Below, one piece after another: positions 39,101 through 53,500 of a DNA stretch of 64,000 nt. The translations under genes and the position numbers were made by a program. The stretch spans positions 4,836,001-4,900,000 of the forward strand of contig NC_134031.1 of the NCBI RefSeq assembly GCF_964204645.1, read 5' to 3'. Position 1 is the first letter of the stretch. Each line of letters starts with the position of its first letter. The notes under the pieces are model-generated. The model made no database searches. It was not told the DNA's origin and saw only the letters and a program-made list of their open reading frames with translations. The stretch comes from Tubulanus polymorphus. Taxonomy: Eukaryota; Animalia; Nemertea.

Positions 39101-42100
39101 TTGCCCCCCTGACCAGGCTAACGATTCATCGAGCTTGTGGCCTCTTTTATTTGTTACCTAACTGTTGATAGTATCTTACAAACAGCCCCACCCATCTTTT
39201 TCCTGAATGACCAGCTAAGCTCCTTCTAGTCAGGAGCAAGTTGCTGTGGAAACTTTGAGCTATGAGTTCACGTTTTCAGTTATTTACTCAAAAGATAATT
39301 CATACAATTGGCAGACATAATAATGACTGTAGTGAAATTCTTCAGTTGAATGAAAATCTCCTAAAGTTGTTTAACCTTCTTTTGTTAAACAGTAGACTAT
39401 TTATTGATAGATTAACAGATTATTCAGCAATGAATTTGAGCAAATCATTCTAATGAAAAGTTCTCTGCGTTCTGATTTATCATGTAATTCATTAATAAGA
39501 AAATAAGTCGAGGAAAGCAATTCTGGAAATATAGGGTAGGAATATTTAGTTAAAGATTATTTTGTTGTTGTCCATTTTTGATTGGTATATTTCAAAACGT
39601 GTAGGCAGGCAAGGCATCTTTTCTTTAACAAAAACGAATTATGAATGCATCATTTATTAGAATGACTTATTAGTTTATATTATTAGTTTCACTCTATCAA
39701 TCATCCCTTCAGGTATAGGCCTAATGAGTAACTGATAATTAGCAGGCTTGGTATAGCTCCAGGCATTTCTTATTGAATACTGAGATATTTTCATGTTCTT
39801 GTGTACAAAATATTTTCATTTGACAATCAGAACGTATTGTTCTTAGTTCAAAAACCCATGTTCTTGTGTAATAAACATGGTCGCTCATAGTATGGATTCC
39901 TTTTTCTTTTTCAATTAGATGGGTTGTTATTGAAAATACATAGAACAACAAATCATTGACATTGATTATTCGTGTTTGTCAGTGGTGTATATCTACTAAT
40001 CACATCTTTTCATTCCTGTCAATTTGTTGGGGCAAGAAAATGTAAAATGATCATGTTTTCTGGTGTTAAACAAGTTGATTTACAATGTAAGATGATTAGA
40101 TATTGTACATCGAATAAAAGGAATCGAATGATTCGAGCTATAAAAATGACAGCAGAGGTCTTGTCTTGTTACATTTGAGGATCAGTTCCCGAGGATTTCA
40201 CATGTTAGGTACTACAAAGTCTCGAGTCTCCGTTTTAAGGTAAATTGGCTTCCTACACTCTACTGTCATTTTTAAAGTCCCTTCATTTTTGTTTTCGTAG
40301 TGCATGGGCGTCAGTTCCTTACTTAGACAATCTTGGCTATTTCCATCACGTTTCTCGCATCGACGGAAATTAGATTTGATCTTTTTCTGACAACTTCGAA
40401 CGAAGGCAATTTTCATGTCATTTCTAGTACCCTTATTCCATGCAGTGTCTTTTCTATGAAGTGTTATCTCATTCTCTTAGGCAGTAATTGATTGCCTGCG
40501 CGTGAAGGAGTCGAATTGGTAATTTCCATGTCACTCATTTTCATGTCACTTGGTTTCCTGTTATAACTTGTAGAACGTGTTTGGTATTTTAGTCTCAAGT
40601 GCATCAACTATTAAACACTTATCTCAAGAGGAGGGATTGGAATTGGAGGGGGCCTTTGACTTAAGATTTTGATTTAACTGTGTCCGGTGCGTCCAACCTT
40701 TAACTCTGAAATGACAGTCACATGGATTGAATAGGCAACTGTTTGGGGTCTTACAGTGATTGCGCTTAATTGCAGCACCAGGTATAAATTACCCTGTCTG
40801 CTATGATCGTCTGTTGTATTTTCCTGGCCTCAGACGAATAATTGATTGATTAGGTTAATTGGGTGATTAATCGTTTTGTGAGTGGACTGCAGGAATACAG
40901 CTCCGATCTGCTGAAAATATTTGAGAGTTTAAGTATAGAAATTTTTAAATCAAATGAAGTCTAATGAAGTAATTCATCAAATATTAAAACCGAACAGCCG
41001 TCGCTACGAGATAAACCAAATACTGTCCACTCAAAGTTCACTCGGGGACAGGAAGTTTGGGTTTTCTTGAGTTTTGACTTATGATTTAAGAATATTCGTC
41101 CCCAATTAATGAATTATGTGGGAGCATTATATATCAAGTTAGTTTGACTATTGTCCGACGATTAAGGATGGCACCAGCAGGTAACATATTTGATAATTAA
41201 GTTTTAATGGGCCCCTATATCGCACGTGTGTGTTAGGTTTTCAAAGTGCATAGGGGTCATTTTCCATCTGTTGACATTGCCGTCGAAATAGTCGGAATCC
41301 AAATAGCTATAGAATCCCGGGCAGAATTATCTAGATGTTGTCATAATTTTTGATGTTACATCTACGTTTTGCTAGATGGTTTGAAATGATGCCTGTAGTT
41401 TAAGCAGGTGTTCGGGTGTCATCGCGTTCTGCATTCGCGGCGTGTCACTTGTCAACAGATTTCGACGATTTCCAGATATTAATTACATCCCAATACTTCT
41501 TAGCACAAGTTGATGAAGCGGCTCTCCGCTGAGAAAATCTCTTTGGGCTTGTTGAAACAGGAAGAAATACTTCCACTGCGTGCCACATACCAAAGTTTGC
41601 CAAATTACCTGTCTTGCTATTTGTCTGGCTGGTGTTTAATGGGCTAATTTCTCAGTTGGGCTTTGTTTTGAGCCCATTAACCCACCATGTCTTACTATGT
41701 TATAGTCGCCTCATAGAGAGTTCACACTTTGCGTCTCTCAGAAATGACCATTGGCCCTGCACATCCTATTGTTTGCTTTGTATACCTGTGAAGCGCTTAC
41801 AAGGCCCCATCGAACCATATGCTTTCTTGAAGGCACATCCTATTGTCATCTCTGATACTTGCATAAATAATCAGATAACAAGTGTTGAAATTATTGAACC
41901 GACTTCAAGATGTGGCCATTTGAGCGAAGACCTCATCATGAGTAACATGCATCTCCAGCTCTTGGTCAAACTTTAAGTGTTTCTGTTGATTTGATAGTTC
42001 CTGATTTGAAAATCGCTCGCTGGACCTACGGTTTTATGACTGTTTAACAACTCGCCATATGTTAAGTTGGCGATTCTGTTGTCGTTGTCGTTGTTGTTAA

Positions 42101-43619
42101 AGTGATTCGAACTTTTGAAATGGAAGTAATGGAAATGGAAGGCATCGAGACTGTTTATACTGTCGATCACAGCGGTACATCTCGAATCGGAATCTATTGT
42201 GGGATTAGTGTCGTTAGGGTAAGTAGGATAAGTTAGACGGGATAAGATAGGTTTTTGCATGGGTATGCTTACATTCTGGGGACATTTTTAGATTACCATA
42301 CCATATTTATAAGTATTCCATTCAATATGGAGGCAATTACCTTGACCATTTTTTCCTTGGCCATTTTTTTCCTACAATCGGCTAATATCTGGTATATTAA
42401 TTTTATTCTGGCTTGATATTTCATGGATGACTTCATCGTTTGTCTAGCTTTTTCTAGCGGTTTCTAAACTCAATTTCCTTAATCTCATTTTCACTATAAT
42501 GTCTTGTTTGCTATAGGGTCTATAGAGTTAGATCAAGTGGCCAATATAAAACATCCTTTGATCAATTTCTAAATCTTACTGAAATGCTACAGAGGCAAAT
42601 ATCTCCTGGGCCTGTGGGTCATCAATATTTGTGTGGATATGTGCATTGTTTTGTTGTCATTTTCAAGCATCCATGATTTCATTATCGCAAGGTGCACCTA
42701 AATTGCACAAAGTTATCAGGTTATTGTGGACAGTGTAAGAACTACACAGGTGCCCCAGGCTGGACGATCTCTATGCATATTTGATGATCTTATATATATA
42801 TATATATATGTTCGTGAAATTATTGCCACTTTCTGACTAGTACGTCTAGACAATTTGACAGCTTTTTATTATAGAATATGTCATACATATTGATATAACA
42901 ATGACAGTTGCATCAGTTGAGAATTAAGTCAACTAGATATTGATATTCCTTCTTCAATGTTACAATTTTTAGCTTTTCAGATTTTAATTCTATTCCATTA
43001 TTAAGAAAAAGATAAATATGAATTTTGAATAGAAATGTGAACAGCAAGTTTTTTGGCGTTTCATTACCCAACTCTGGCCAGGCCCATAAGTTCTTAGTTT
43101 CGCTACAGAACTAAGAGTCATAGACTGGTCTTGAGTGCGCCCTGTTGCTTAAGATGTTTTTAGTGTGATAAATAAAAGAGTTTTGAAATGTTTGTATAAG
43201 AAAACAACTTTTCAAAAGTCTCTTTTAGAAGTTTGAAAATGTGAATTGGCCTTTTCGTGACGTAGATGCTTTAACTTAAATGCCTTAGAAACCAGGGGCG
43301 TCATCAGTTTTACAACCTCCAAAAATTGAAAATCTCAGCTCAATTCAGGAAATCGGAATTAGTAAAGCAGGAAATTGCTTCCTTGTTCTGTGAATTAAGA
43401 GTTGACACTTGTAAGTTATATTGTAAATCAAGAGCTACAGGATGGAGTAAAGGATAATTTCTGTGAAACTCATTTCGGCCTCGGGCAACACAACATAGAG
43501 GACCTCCTAACATTAGAATCCCTTGAGTAAACGGAACGAACATCAATAACTGAATCAGGTGTAAAACACCTAAAATAAGAGACACAGGTCTTGATGTTGT
43601 TACCATGCACGAGAATGTA

Positions 43620-43714
43620 GAACATGATTTAGCTTCCTTATCCTCTATTCTATAAATAAAAACTTCCACTCCTGGAAGATTATAGAAAATGGAATTCATC
43701 CCTTTTTGATACAA
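43620..43714 (-). pseudogene. Possible Gypsy-type reverse transcriptase remnant
   Basis: YQKGMNSIFYNLPGVEVFI resembles FQxxMxxIFxxLPGVxxYIDD, but the catalytic DD is absent. Confidence 0.3.
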
Positions 43715-46700
43715 ATGTATTTTAGGTTATGGAACCATATTTGATATGATGGAAAAAAATGCTATATTAAGATTCAACCTATTCTAGTGAAAATCACAGT
43801 ATCATAGTTTAGTAGTGGCTGATACCATAAATTGATTATCATATTTTTTGATCAAGCCAAAGACTAGAGGAAAGAAACTTAGCTATCGTATGTTGAGAAC
43901 TGATTGAGATTTCAGTGTCACATTAAAATGGTTATTTTGTTTTCCGTTAGATTATAATGAAAGTTTTTGTGCAAAGAAATATGTTTTATGTGAAAAAATG
44001 CCAAGGCCATGTAAAGAATCTGAAAATTTTCCCTGGCAACCATTTCACTTGCAATTTTCATTGAACTGTTGTGAAAAATCTATCAAAGATTTGAATTGGT
44101 ACAAATAGAGCGTATTGTCATCGAAAGTGATACGAAGGAAATTAGGTATTAACACTGAATGAGAGGCATTATCCTTCATGGGTTTCAATTCATAGGTCCA
44201 TAAGATAAATAGTGTTTGAAACCGTTCATGTGTAAGATTAATGAACACAGGATTAACGGGCTACTAATCCTCGGGTTAATCCTGTCGTACACTGGTTTTA
44301 CATCACATTCAGAGAATCAAATTGGTCCTAATATTTTCTTTCAATTTGCGATTGAGATTAAGAAAGTGTAAAAAATAATACCGAAGGCAATGGATTCTTT
44401 TTCGCGTTTCTTGACCTTCCAGTTGAAGCAGCTCAGTTCATATCTCATTTTCACTTTTGCTTTACGATTATAAAAGATGAACACAAAAAAATACAATTGT
44501 TTCATTAACAAAGTTAAAGCATTGATATGTACATGAATTTTCCACATAATATTCCCTTCAAAAAGCCATACTACTGCACTGTAGTATATAGACAGTATCT
44601 TTGATATTCTGGTTCTATTGATCAGCTTAATTGATAATGCTAATTAGTTAAGTGCATTTAGCAAATTAGTCAATTAGCAGGCTAGTCTATCAGACATTGG
44701 GTGTGTTGAAATGCTGACAAATTTATGCTTTGTAAGGATGATAAATGTTTGTAAACTTTTGACCAACATTTATTTAGTAAATATTGAATTTTCGTAATAC
44801 GCATATTTTGCCAATTTATCAATTTATCCTAGGAAAATAGTGCTGTATTTTACGATGAAATCATGAAGTACTATTGCAGGGTTGATTAGTTAGGTTGTTA
44901 ATTAGTCCGGGTCCATCATTAGTTAAGAGACTGGCTAATTACTTAGGGCTTGTATTACATCTAGACATATTTTACTGCCAGTCCAGTTATAGTCTACATT
45001 ACTGAACAATGCATTTCTTAATTTGATTAAATTAATCAACAATACGCTGATAAACTTGTCTATCAAGAAATGACTGAAATTCGCTAATTACGGTAATTTT
45101 AAACGAAGCAATTAGGACAGACCAGGTAACTGTTCATCTTTCTGTCTGGACAGTTAGTAGGGTGAAAAAACCGGTGGCCAGTGTCTGAAGTGGTCAGACA
45201 TAGCTCTGAAATTTCACACGAAAGTCGTTAGATTCCATTGAATTCATTGTCGGGTCGAAGAACTTGGCTAAGTTACAATGGCAGGAGGGTATATAACTGT
45301 AAGACCGAGGGCTGTTTCGTGTAATCTACTCCGTGTCACGGTCACGTCATCATCTACGTCTTCAAGGATTCTCTGTCATCAAAACAGATATACTCAGATA
45401 TACAAAGTCATCATCATTCTGTTATTACTTATAAGGAATTTAATAAGGACTCGTCATTCAAATCGTTCAAACGCGTTCCTCTGCGACGAGAAATGATACT
45501 TCCGCTGCTGTTGTTGTGAGTATGAATTCAGCAACTATTCTTAGTTAACGATATCTTGTCATTTTCAGATTCTCCCTAAAGCGAAGATACTTAGTTTATT
45601 TACGCTGAATATCTATGCCATTTCATGCTAAACTATTTTCCACTTGGTTGCTACTATTTTTGTCGTAATATTTCCAAAAGTCTTTCATGTGGTAGGCAAT
45701 TATTCAATACATTCTAAGCAGCTCGGATAATAATAGGGGCGATATTTTAGCAGCCCATTATGGCTATAATTGCTGTGATTTGTATTAATAATTTCTCAAT
45801 GTTTTGGCATAACTTTTCTAGCTCGAGGGTAAATCATGTCTCCATGCGATATTTTTCCCACTTCTTTTCATCAGTAGATCAATTATTGCGAAATAAAGGT
45901 TATGCCTGACTGAAATGATTTCGTTTCACCTCAGCACACTTTTTAGCAAGTTAGATGTGTAGTCATGAGAACTTTTTAGTTTATTTTGAGGACATTCAAT
46001 TACCAATACCTGCCACACTGATATAACGAGAAAGATGGAGTCCGAAAAGTTTCCTTTAAGCTAATAATTTGTTGATTTGACATTTCATCTATAACCTAAT
46101 ACAGTAATTATTGATCAATAACATATTAGCTTTAAAGAATCTTTTTGGACTTCATTTTTCTTGTTATATCAGTGTTGAATGTGCCTTATAAAAAATGTAT
46201 GCTTGAGAATTAAGGGGCTGTAAATCTTTTTTTAGTTATCGGTGTAGAATTTTCCCATTTTATTTTAAATGAAAATTTTAATCAATTCGTTGTATCGAAT
46301 TAGTGTTTATATAGGTAAACGTATTTAGTATCATAGTGGCAGACACCGAGTAAATTAGGCGTCTCACTTAGATAACTGTCACAGTCGCTTGTGATTATTA
46401 CAGTACATTCATAACTGTAATGAACTAGTAATAAAGTTATTTATTCAAAAACCAACAACTGAACTTATCCCCTATAGAACTTGAACCCGGTGCTGACAGA
46501 AATCTATTTTAAAAAAGGCTTACTGAAAATCGTTTTAATGATTGTGGATTTCGACTAACATAGATTCTAGTTCTTCTCTAAAAGAAAAGTCTTCTCTAAA
46601 AGAAATATTCTAATTTCATCTGAAAATTAACTTTCGTTTGGATGAAGTGAAATCACTTGACACATTATCAGGCCTCCTCTTTCTAAAGTCCTTTTGAAAT

Positions 46701-47541
46701 GATAGTTTACGGGTAGTTAGTTTGGCATAGAAACCTTTGATTAATAGACAGTTTAGCTTTGGGGTATTTTTCCTGGGCAAAGATGGAAGCTTTTTGAGGC
46801 TACCAACCTGTTGAGTGTTTAATCATTAATAAACATGATGACTTAGGCTTGTTCTCGTGTTTGTACAGCAACTTAAAACCCAATTGCATGGTTTTCATTA
46901 GCCGTATTTGTACAAGGTTAAATCCTAATGAATTACTCAGCTACCCTGATTTTCTATGACTTTTTTGTCTGGCGAGATGCTTTAAATTGTCGGTCGATGC
47001 GACGTTCTGGTCATAAGGCGAATGTCCAGCGAGCGAGTTCGACCGCTCGGCATCAGAAGTTTATAGCATCTAGAAACTTGAAAGCAGTCTTTTAAAGATA
47101 TGATTATTTACGGAGAGATAGGTAAGAGAAATGAAAGTGTTTTTGCAGGATTCACCGTTCATCTTTTAAATTTCAATTGTTTGTATAAGACGTTCCTGAG
47201 AGTCTAGCGAGGGCTTGCAGTACCATTCATACGAAGGATTAACTTTAAGTACCGGTTGTTAATTAGCGTTTAACAAGTAGATTAGGTTAAAACCATTAAT
47301 CAGATTGATAATTAGATTACCTAATTCGGTTATGCTGAAAAGTTAGTTCAATAAACGGAGGGAATTGATTTGTTATGAAAGTGAAACGTTTTACCGATAT
47401 ATAGAATACTAGAATACTAGGGAATATCGGGTGAACTCCCAGTAATCCGTCAAGTTCGTTTTACCGCTGCCTGCGTTTTGTCTGCGAAGCAGTTGCTACG
47501 GTTACGCGGCAAATGAAGCACCGGTGGAGAGTAACAATGCT

Positions 47542-50500
47542 ATGATGGATGTAAACCGTGGCAAAACGGATAAGGTACTCTAGATATTTTTACTAGCCTT
47601 GAGATTCGTGTTCGGTGGTGACTGTTTTCTTTATGTATGGTAGTTATTTCAGTTGATTTCTAAGAAATTCATTTTTTTTCAAAGATTTTACTAACATTAC
47701 GATAGATTATAAAAAGGGCTCTAAGAAAAATATCTAAATATTTGTCATGTTCGTGTACGTACTCGAGTTTGAAAGAATTTTAGGCGGTTGATTACCAGTT
47801 TTCGGTCGTTTGCCTTCTCGATGAACCGGGATACAAGCGATCGATCGGTATTTTAACTGGATCCGTGATTGGTTATTGATTATTGTTTTGATTGATGAAA
47901 TGCTGAGTGAGTGTTACCAGCGCAGTCAGAGATAAACTGTAATCGGAAAATGATTAGCGCATAAAAAAGATTCCAAGGTTACTCCATGTATAAGCGCGAT
48001 TCCCGTACATGTGTCCTCATATTTCAATCACAGCCTCATATTTCTATAACTGCCTGTATATAAATCTTCGGAATATTTTTTTTGTCCGATGTTCGAACGG
48101 GATTATGATCATTTTTATGGCCGATTATATAACATCTCGATTTTCTAAATTCGTATTGTCTAAATTTTCTGGCTGCTTGCACCTATTCTCTCGATGCGCT
48201 CATAATACATCGAGAAAAGGGATATCATATCTTACTATTAGTGCTAACTGTTTTTTAATTGGTCGGCTCCCACTGTCATAAATGCATGGTAACTTAGAGT
48301 GGGTGTTCTGTCTTTAATTCACCTGTCCTAGTCAGTTCATCCAACAATGGCTCTATGGTATCATTAGGCGCAATCAATTAAACTCATATCATTACTTCCT
48401 TGAGGGGTTCAACGAATATGTATATATATATATTTATTATATGATTGCTCATAACATATCTTTCCCTTATTTCGAAAATGATATTTCGAGTGGCAGTAGT
48501 GTCCTCGTCTGACTCAGTTATGGATATGGTTCGGACTAACTAGTAAGTTATTTTCATACAGTTTTGATCAATGATTATGTATAAGGATAACTGTAATCAC
48601 ATTAGTAATATATATGAAGGAAATGAGGAATGATTATTTCCTTCAAAACTTGTAAAACTTGTAAAAATGTCATGGCTAAAACGTGATCGGGCTGGACATG
48701 GCGTGCCTTGTTTTTCTACTGTTTATTTTATACTGGCTTACTTTTACTTGATAATCACTTCGTTCAATATTTCACTGTATACTGCCTTTTGCAGGCAAAA
48801 CAACACAAATTTCTGTCAGTAGGATATTTTCGGGATTGACCAGACAAGCTAATGCATTGATTTTATGTTTATTCCAACTTGATTATTTCTAGGCTCTTAA
48901 AGCTGGATGCACGTTCTTTCCAAATTATTCTTTGTTTATCCTGATTACTTCATGATTTTAATTGACTAGTTTAATCGCACTTTGTTGTTTTGAACAAGTA
49001 CTGTTATAGTGAAATATGATAACTCTTTCTGGCTGGTAATAATTATGGGAGTATAAAGTGTGATACATAGTTACATATCGCACCTGTCTTTATTTATTAT
49101 CGTGCTGTATATTATTTGTATCAAAGTAATTAAAACAGAATTCAAGTTTTTAGTAACTGTTTTCATAATGTAGAAACAAAAGCTCTGCTCGCTAATGCCA
49201 AAACGCATCATTTCATTAACTTAGTTAGGAATTAACAAACTTTTCTGACCAGCGAAAATAAATGGTGCTAATAATATATCAGTCACAGATTTCACAGCCA
49301 GTCCTGCGATTGTTTTTAAGCAGCAAGGACATGTTCATTCCGTCTTCAGTGCTGATTGCAATTAAACCAACCACTATTGGATAATTATGCGAATGTTTAC
49401 AAACATTTGCATTCTGGGGATATTCAAAATACCTTTTCTAATCCGTTCTACAGATTGCTGAACACTGGCTTAATTAAAGCTGTGTGTGGAATTATTAGTG
49501 TCTATAGCCAGTGTAGTGGGCAGTGTTTTGATATGGACAGTTCGGCCGCTACGTGAACTATAAACTTTTCTATCTTCTACCTGGCGTGTTGGTTTTAACA
49601 TATTTTGCCTAGTATCTGCGAGGTTTTATTCTCAAAATGATTACTATATCGGAGTATGACGAGGTGGTCAGTATTTCTTGGTCATAGGATTTTTTATCAG
49701 GATTTTGAGTGTGTGGTATATGCAGAATTTCTGCTCAGACGACTAGAACTCCGACCAAAATTGGACCTCTCTCTCAGTTCTGAATTGATACATTAACATA
49801 TCACTAATTATGTTGTATTTTTGTGTTTTTCAGATATCTCATGACAGTTCATTTTACCGCAGTGAACAGCTGGATAACGGCGACCTAAGTTCGATCGTCG
49901 AATATCCTCGTTTATCGTCTCCGTTCTTCGCCGAAATTCGCCGACGTTTTCCGCACGTTTTCAAACAAGTATCCGATACTGCGTCGTCGTCGGTAAACGA
50001 AGTATCTTCTGATACATTCACGAACTTCTTCGAACGCGCGAAATCGTCGGATACCACCGCATCGTCGTCGCTTCGACGTTATAGATCTTTAGAAAATTTC
50101 AGTGCGTCGGATTTGTTCGATAACGCTGAAACAATGGGTTACAAGAAGACCGTCAAACCGAGCAGGGAATCTCAACGACAGCCGTCGACTTTGCTGAAAA
50201 TGGACTCGGCGCTTTCGTTGAAAGAACGCCTGCGTCACAATCAGGAACTGATGAAAAAACTGCTCGAAGAGGAATCGCCGTTTCGCAACCGCGGGAACGG
50301 AAAAACGATCAGCGGCCCGCTTCAGGTGCCCGACTCCCCTGAACGCGACGACGAAGTCAAATACGGCACGCTCGATAAGATCGTCGGACTGAAATACATG
50401 ACGCGCAATCGAAGCGACGGCTTCTTCGCGTACAACGAAACAAAAGACTGTGCTATGATCATGCCGCCGTCGGGAACCCGGGTCGAGACGCCGGAAATTT

Positions 50501-53500
50501 CTGAACATTGCGAAACTGCCGTCGAGGACACGCCGAAAACGGCGCCGCCCATCGACTGGTACAAACGTCCGTCGAGTACTCAACGACCTCGTATGGGGCT
50601 CGCGATTACGCCGCGTAGTATGCATAGGGGGCGCCGTGACAAGCGACCGGCGTCGCTGCCCGGCGGCATTCTGAAATCTCAAAACGAATTCTGTGATAGT
50701 GACTCGAATAAAGAAAACGATATTCCATTCGGTGACGTTAAGATGGCGCTGAATTACGAGAAGGAAAGCGATTCGTCGACGTCCAGCGCGAAGTCGCTGT
50801 CGAACGTGCAATGCAGTCGTCGACGTCGGTCGTTGTGTACGCCGCGCGAATACTCCGCGCACGACTCGGACTTTCAGAACTTCGACTCGATCGAAATCGA
50901 AATGCTCGACTTGTCATCGTTGGAGAGCGAGCGACGCGATAAACTATCCCGCGATCAGGTCGTGCCCGATCTCGGCTCGACGGACGAGCGTAGCCTGTTG
51001 TTCGCGCTCGGTCAGGATTTGCTGGCGTCCAGCGATAGTGATGAAACTGCCTCCTCCGACGGTAGCTACGACAACAACGAACAATCGGTGAAAGCTAACG
51101 ATTCTACCTTGAAAAATTCATCGATTCTCAAAGGTAAGAATATAAACTCCGCTCCGATAGTTACGGAGCTGCTCCGTGTTGATTTATGCAAATTACGATA
51201 TGTTTTTTCTCGTCGATGGTTCGTATCAAATGGGGAATTTTCGTGACGTTATTACACATGACTGAAGCAGTTACCAATAGCAACTAATGAACATAATAGG
51301 GGCAATTAAGTCGCACAAAGGACTTCATCCACTGTATATCTATCGCATTCACTTGTTTTAGTACTTCAGTTCCCTATTACCATAAATTTTGAAATAACAC
51401 TTGATACAAGTGAAAGGTATATCTACAGATACGTGTAAATATGTCATGTGTTGCTCTAATAACCTACAAATTATCAAAACTCGAATAAAAAAAAAAATTC
51501 CATTAGACTAGGTCTGCAACTTCAAATACTTAGAATTTAATCTACATTATTTAGGGAAAAAATTTGTTTCTAAATATGAAAATATAATCTTTCTATATTT
51601 TACAGATTCAGATGTTGATTCAGGGATCGCGCAGACTCCTCAGGAATCGTCCTCGTCCAACGAAGGTGCTGAATCTCGAAGCCTCACTAGATATTTACAG
51701 TAAGTGTGACACCATCTTCGCTCTTTTGAAATTAACGCGCTGCTTGTGCTGCCACATCTATGCAAATCTAGGAACTACGATACCAAAATTAATGACGATC
51801 TTCTCCAGTAGATGGCGACAAAATGTTTGTTTGGCACTGACATATGGCATGAATGCTTGTATTGTTAGAGGCTATGGGGTGTATCTATTATTGTTTGACA
51901 ATTTGATTGGGACATCAGTGTCACTAATAGTCCTTCATTCTGGGCATCTAGTTTCAATAAAGTGTGCCACCCCCACTTCAGAAATTTAAACAATTTTAAA
52001 TAATTCAGATTTTAATTAGTATCATAAAACTGGATTAAGATTTTCCAGTCAATTTCAGCAATAGAATAGAGAAAATTCAAAAAATCAGATCATTTCAGAT
52101 CAGATCATTTTTCACAAATAATTCCTCATATATTATTGATATGCTCATCTTGTGATAAACTCAGGGCATTTGCTGACATGAAAAAACCAATCTACAGTTT
52201 AGCAATTATAATAGTTATTAACAGTTATTGAGTTGGATTAAGGCAGCACATTGCATTTGTTTGTGGCATTTGAGCAGTTATGAAAACAATTAGGCATTAT
52301 ACAACAGTGATTATAGCAATAAATAGTTGATCAGTTATGTTCATTGGTTACAACTCTGCTGGATTTGAATCTAACAATAAAACCAAAGACAGAAATAGGT
52401 GCTAAGGAAGAAAAGGCTTAATCCACCCAGCCGTTTATTTGTAAAGGAAGGTAATTTTCGTGATTTTGAATAACAGATTTCGTTTTAGCTTTTGTTATTG
52501 TATGTAAAAGTACTTCTGTAGCTATTTCTATTGAAAGTTTAGTTCAGATACATTTGCTTATTCCAATATTTTTGGATCGATAAAGTTGGTTTTTGCTAGA
52601 AAGGTCAGGTGAAAATAGGGAGCATTTTAGTCAAAATAACTGCAGGGCACTAGTATGGACCACTGATTTCACACCTGTCCACAAATTTTGGGTTCTCTCA
52701 GGGTCCTCACTCCATCCTCACTTCATGACAAAGTAAGGCACAAGCCACAAGCAGAAGAGCATCACGCCAAGAAAATAAACCAGCAATTATGCATAAGTAA
52801 GTTTTCAACTTAAATCCGCTATAGGCAGTGTACCTTATCTCAAAAAAATTTCTTAGGGAAAATATCTGCACGCTTTTCTCATTGGTTAGTTTAAAGTAGA
52901 TGCTTCTTTTTGAATTTTTTGCTTTTAAAAATCCAGTTATCAAGAGACGCTATACAAACAAACTTGTGCGTTCTAGTTACGAATAAAGCAAGAGGAAGTG
53001 ATCTCTTCATGAGACTTGTTTTTCGACGCACAAGAGCTTTAAAAAATTGGTTCAATAGAAATAGTAACTACATTATATGAGAAAACCAGCGCCTATAGCA
53101 GCTAACTATACCATCTCGCACACAGTCAGGTGTCTAGTAAAATGAGAGATCTGAAGCTTTAGAACGATGGATAATATTTCCTACGTAATTATCAGATCAT
53201 ATTTTCATGAGAGTTGAAAGAATGGATTCGGTGTGACAATCACGAGGGCAATTATAGCATTTAGTAACATATATTGTATCTACAGAGGTCTTTATAATCA
53301 CACATAGCAACAAATATTGAAGATGCTATCTCAAAGAGTCTGAATTGGATATAGATGTATAATTAAGGGATGAAATATGATAGATAGATAACTAGATAAC
53401 TTGTATCATTGTTTGTAAAACTTAGAGGTATCTCCTTGTGCCCGTGCTTGGAGACTGAATTTGACGAAATTCAAGTGTGATTCATCTAGGTACAGGATGA

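Noticed and set aside
44247-44285. 11-bp inverted repeat acaggattaac...gttaatcctgt as a terminator or pre-miRNA
   Set aside because: Too short for a pre-miRNA, and rho-independent terminators do not apply here; probably a MITE scar.
12600-47000. Dozens of 60-125-aa ORFs in the track
   Set aside because: Random AT-rich composition, many with TTG/GTG starts, and no coherent exon chain; treated as intronic noise.
50089-50862. 257-aa antisense ORF, plus other antisense ORFs at 49854, 50322, 56357, 56367, 57068, 57598 and 58016
   Set aside because: These are shadows of the GC/CpG-rich sense exons, with no recognisable domains or independent gene structure.
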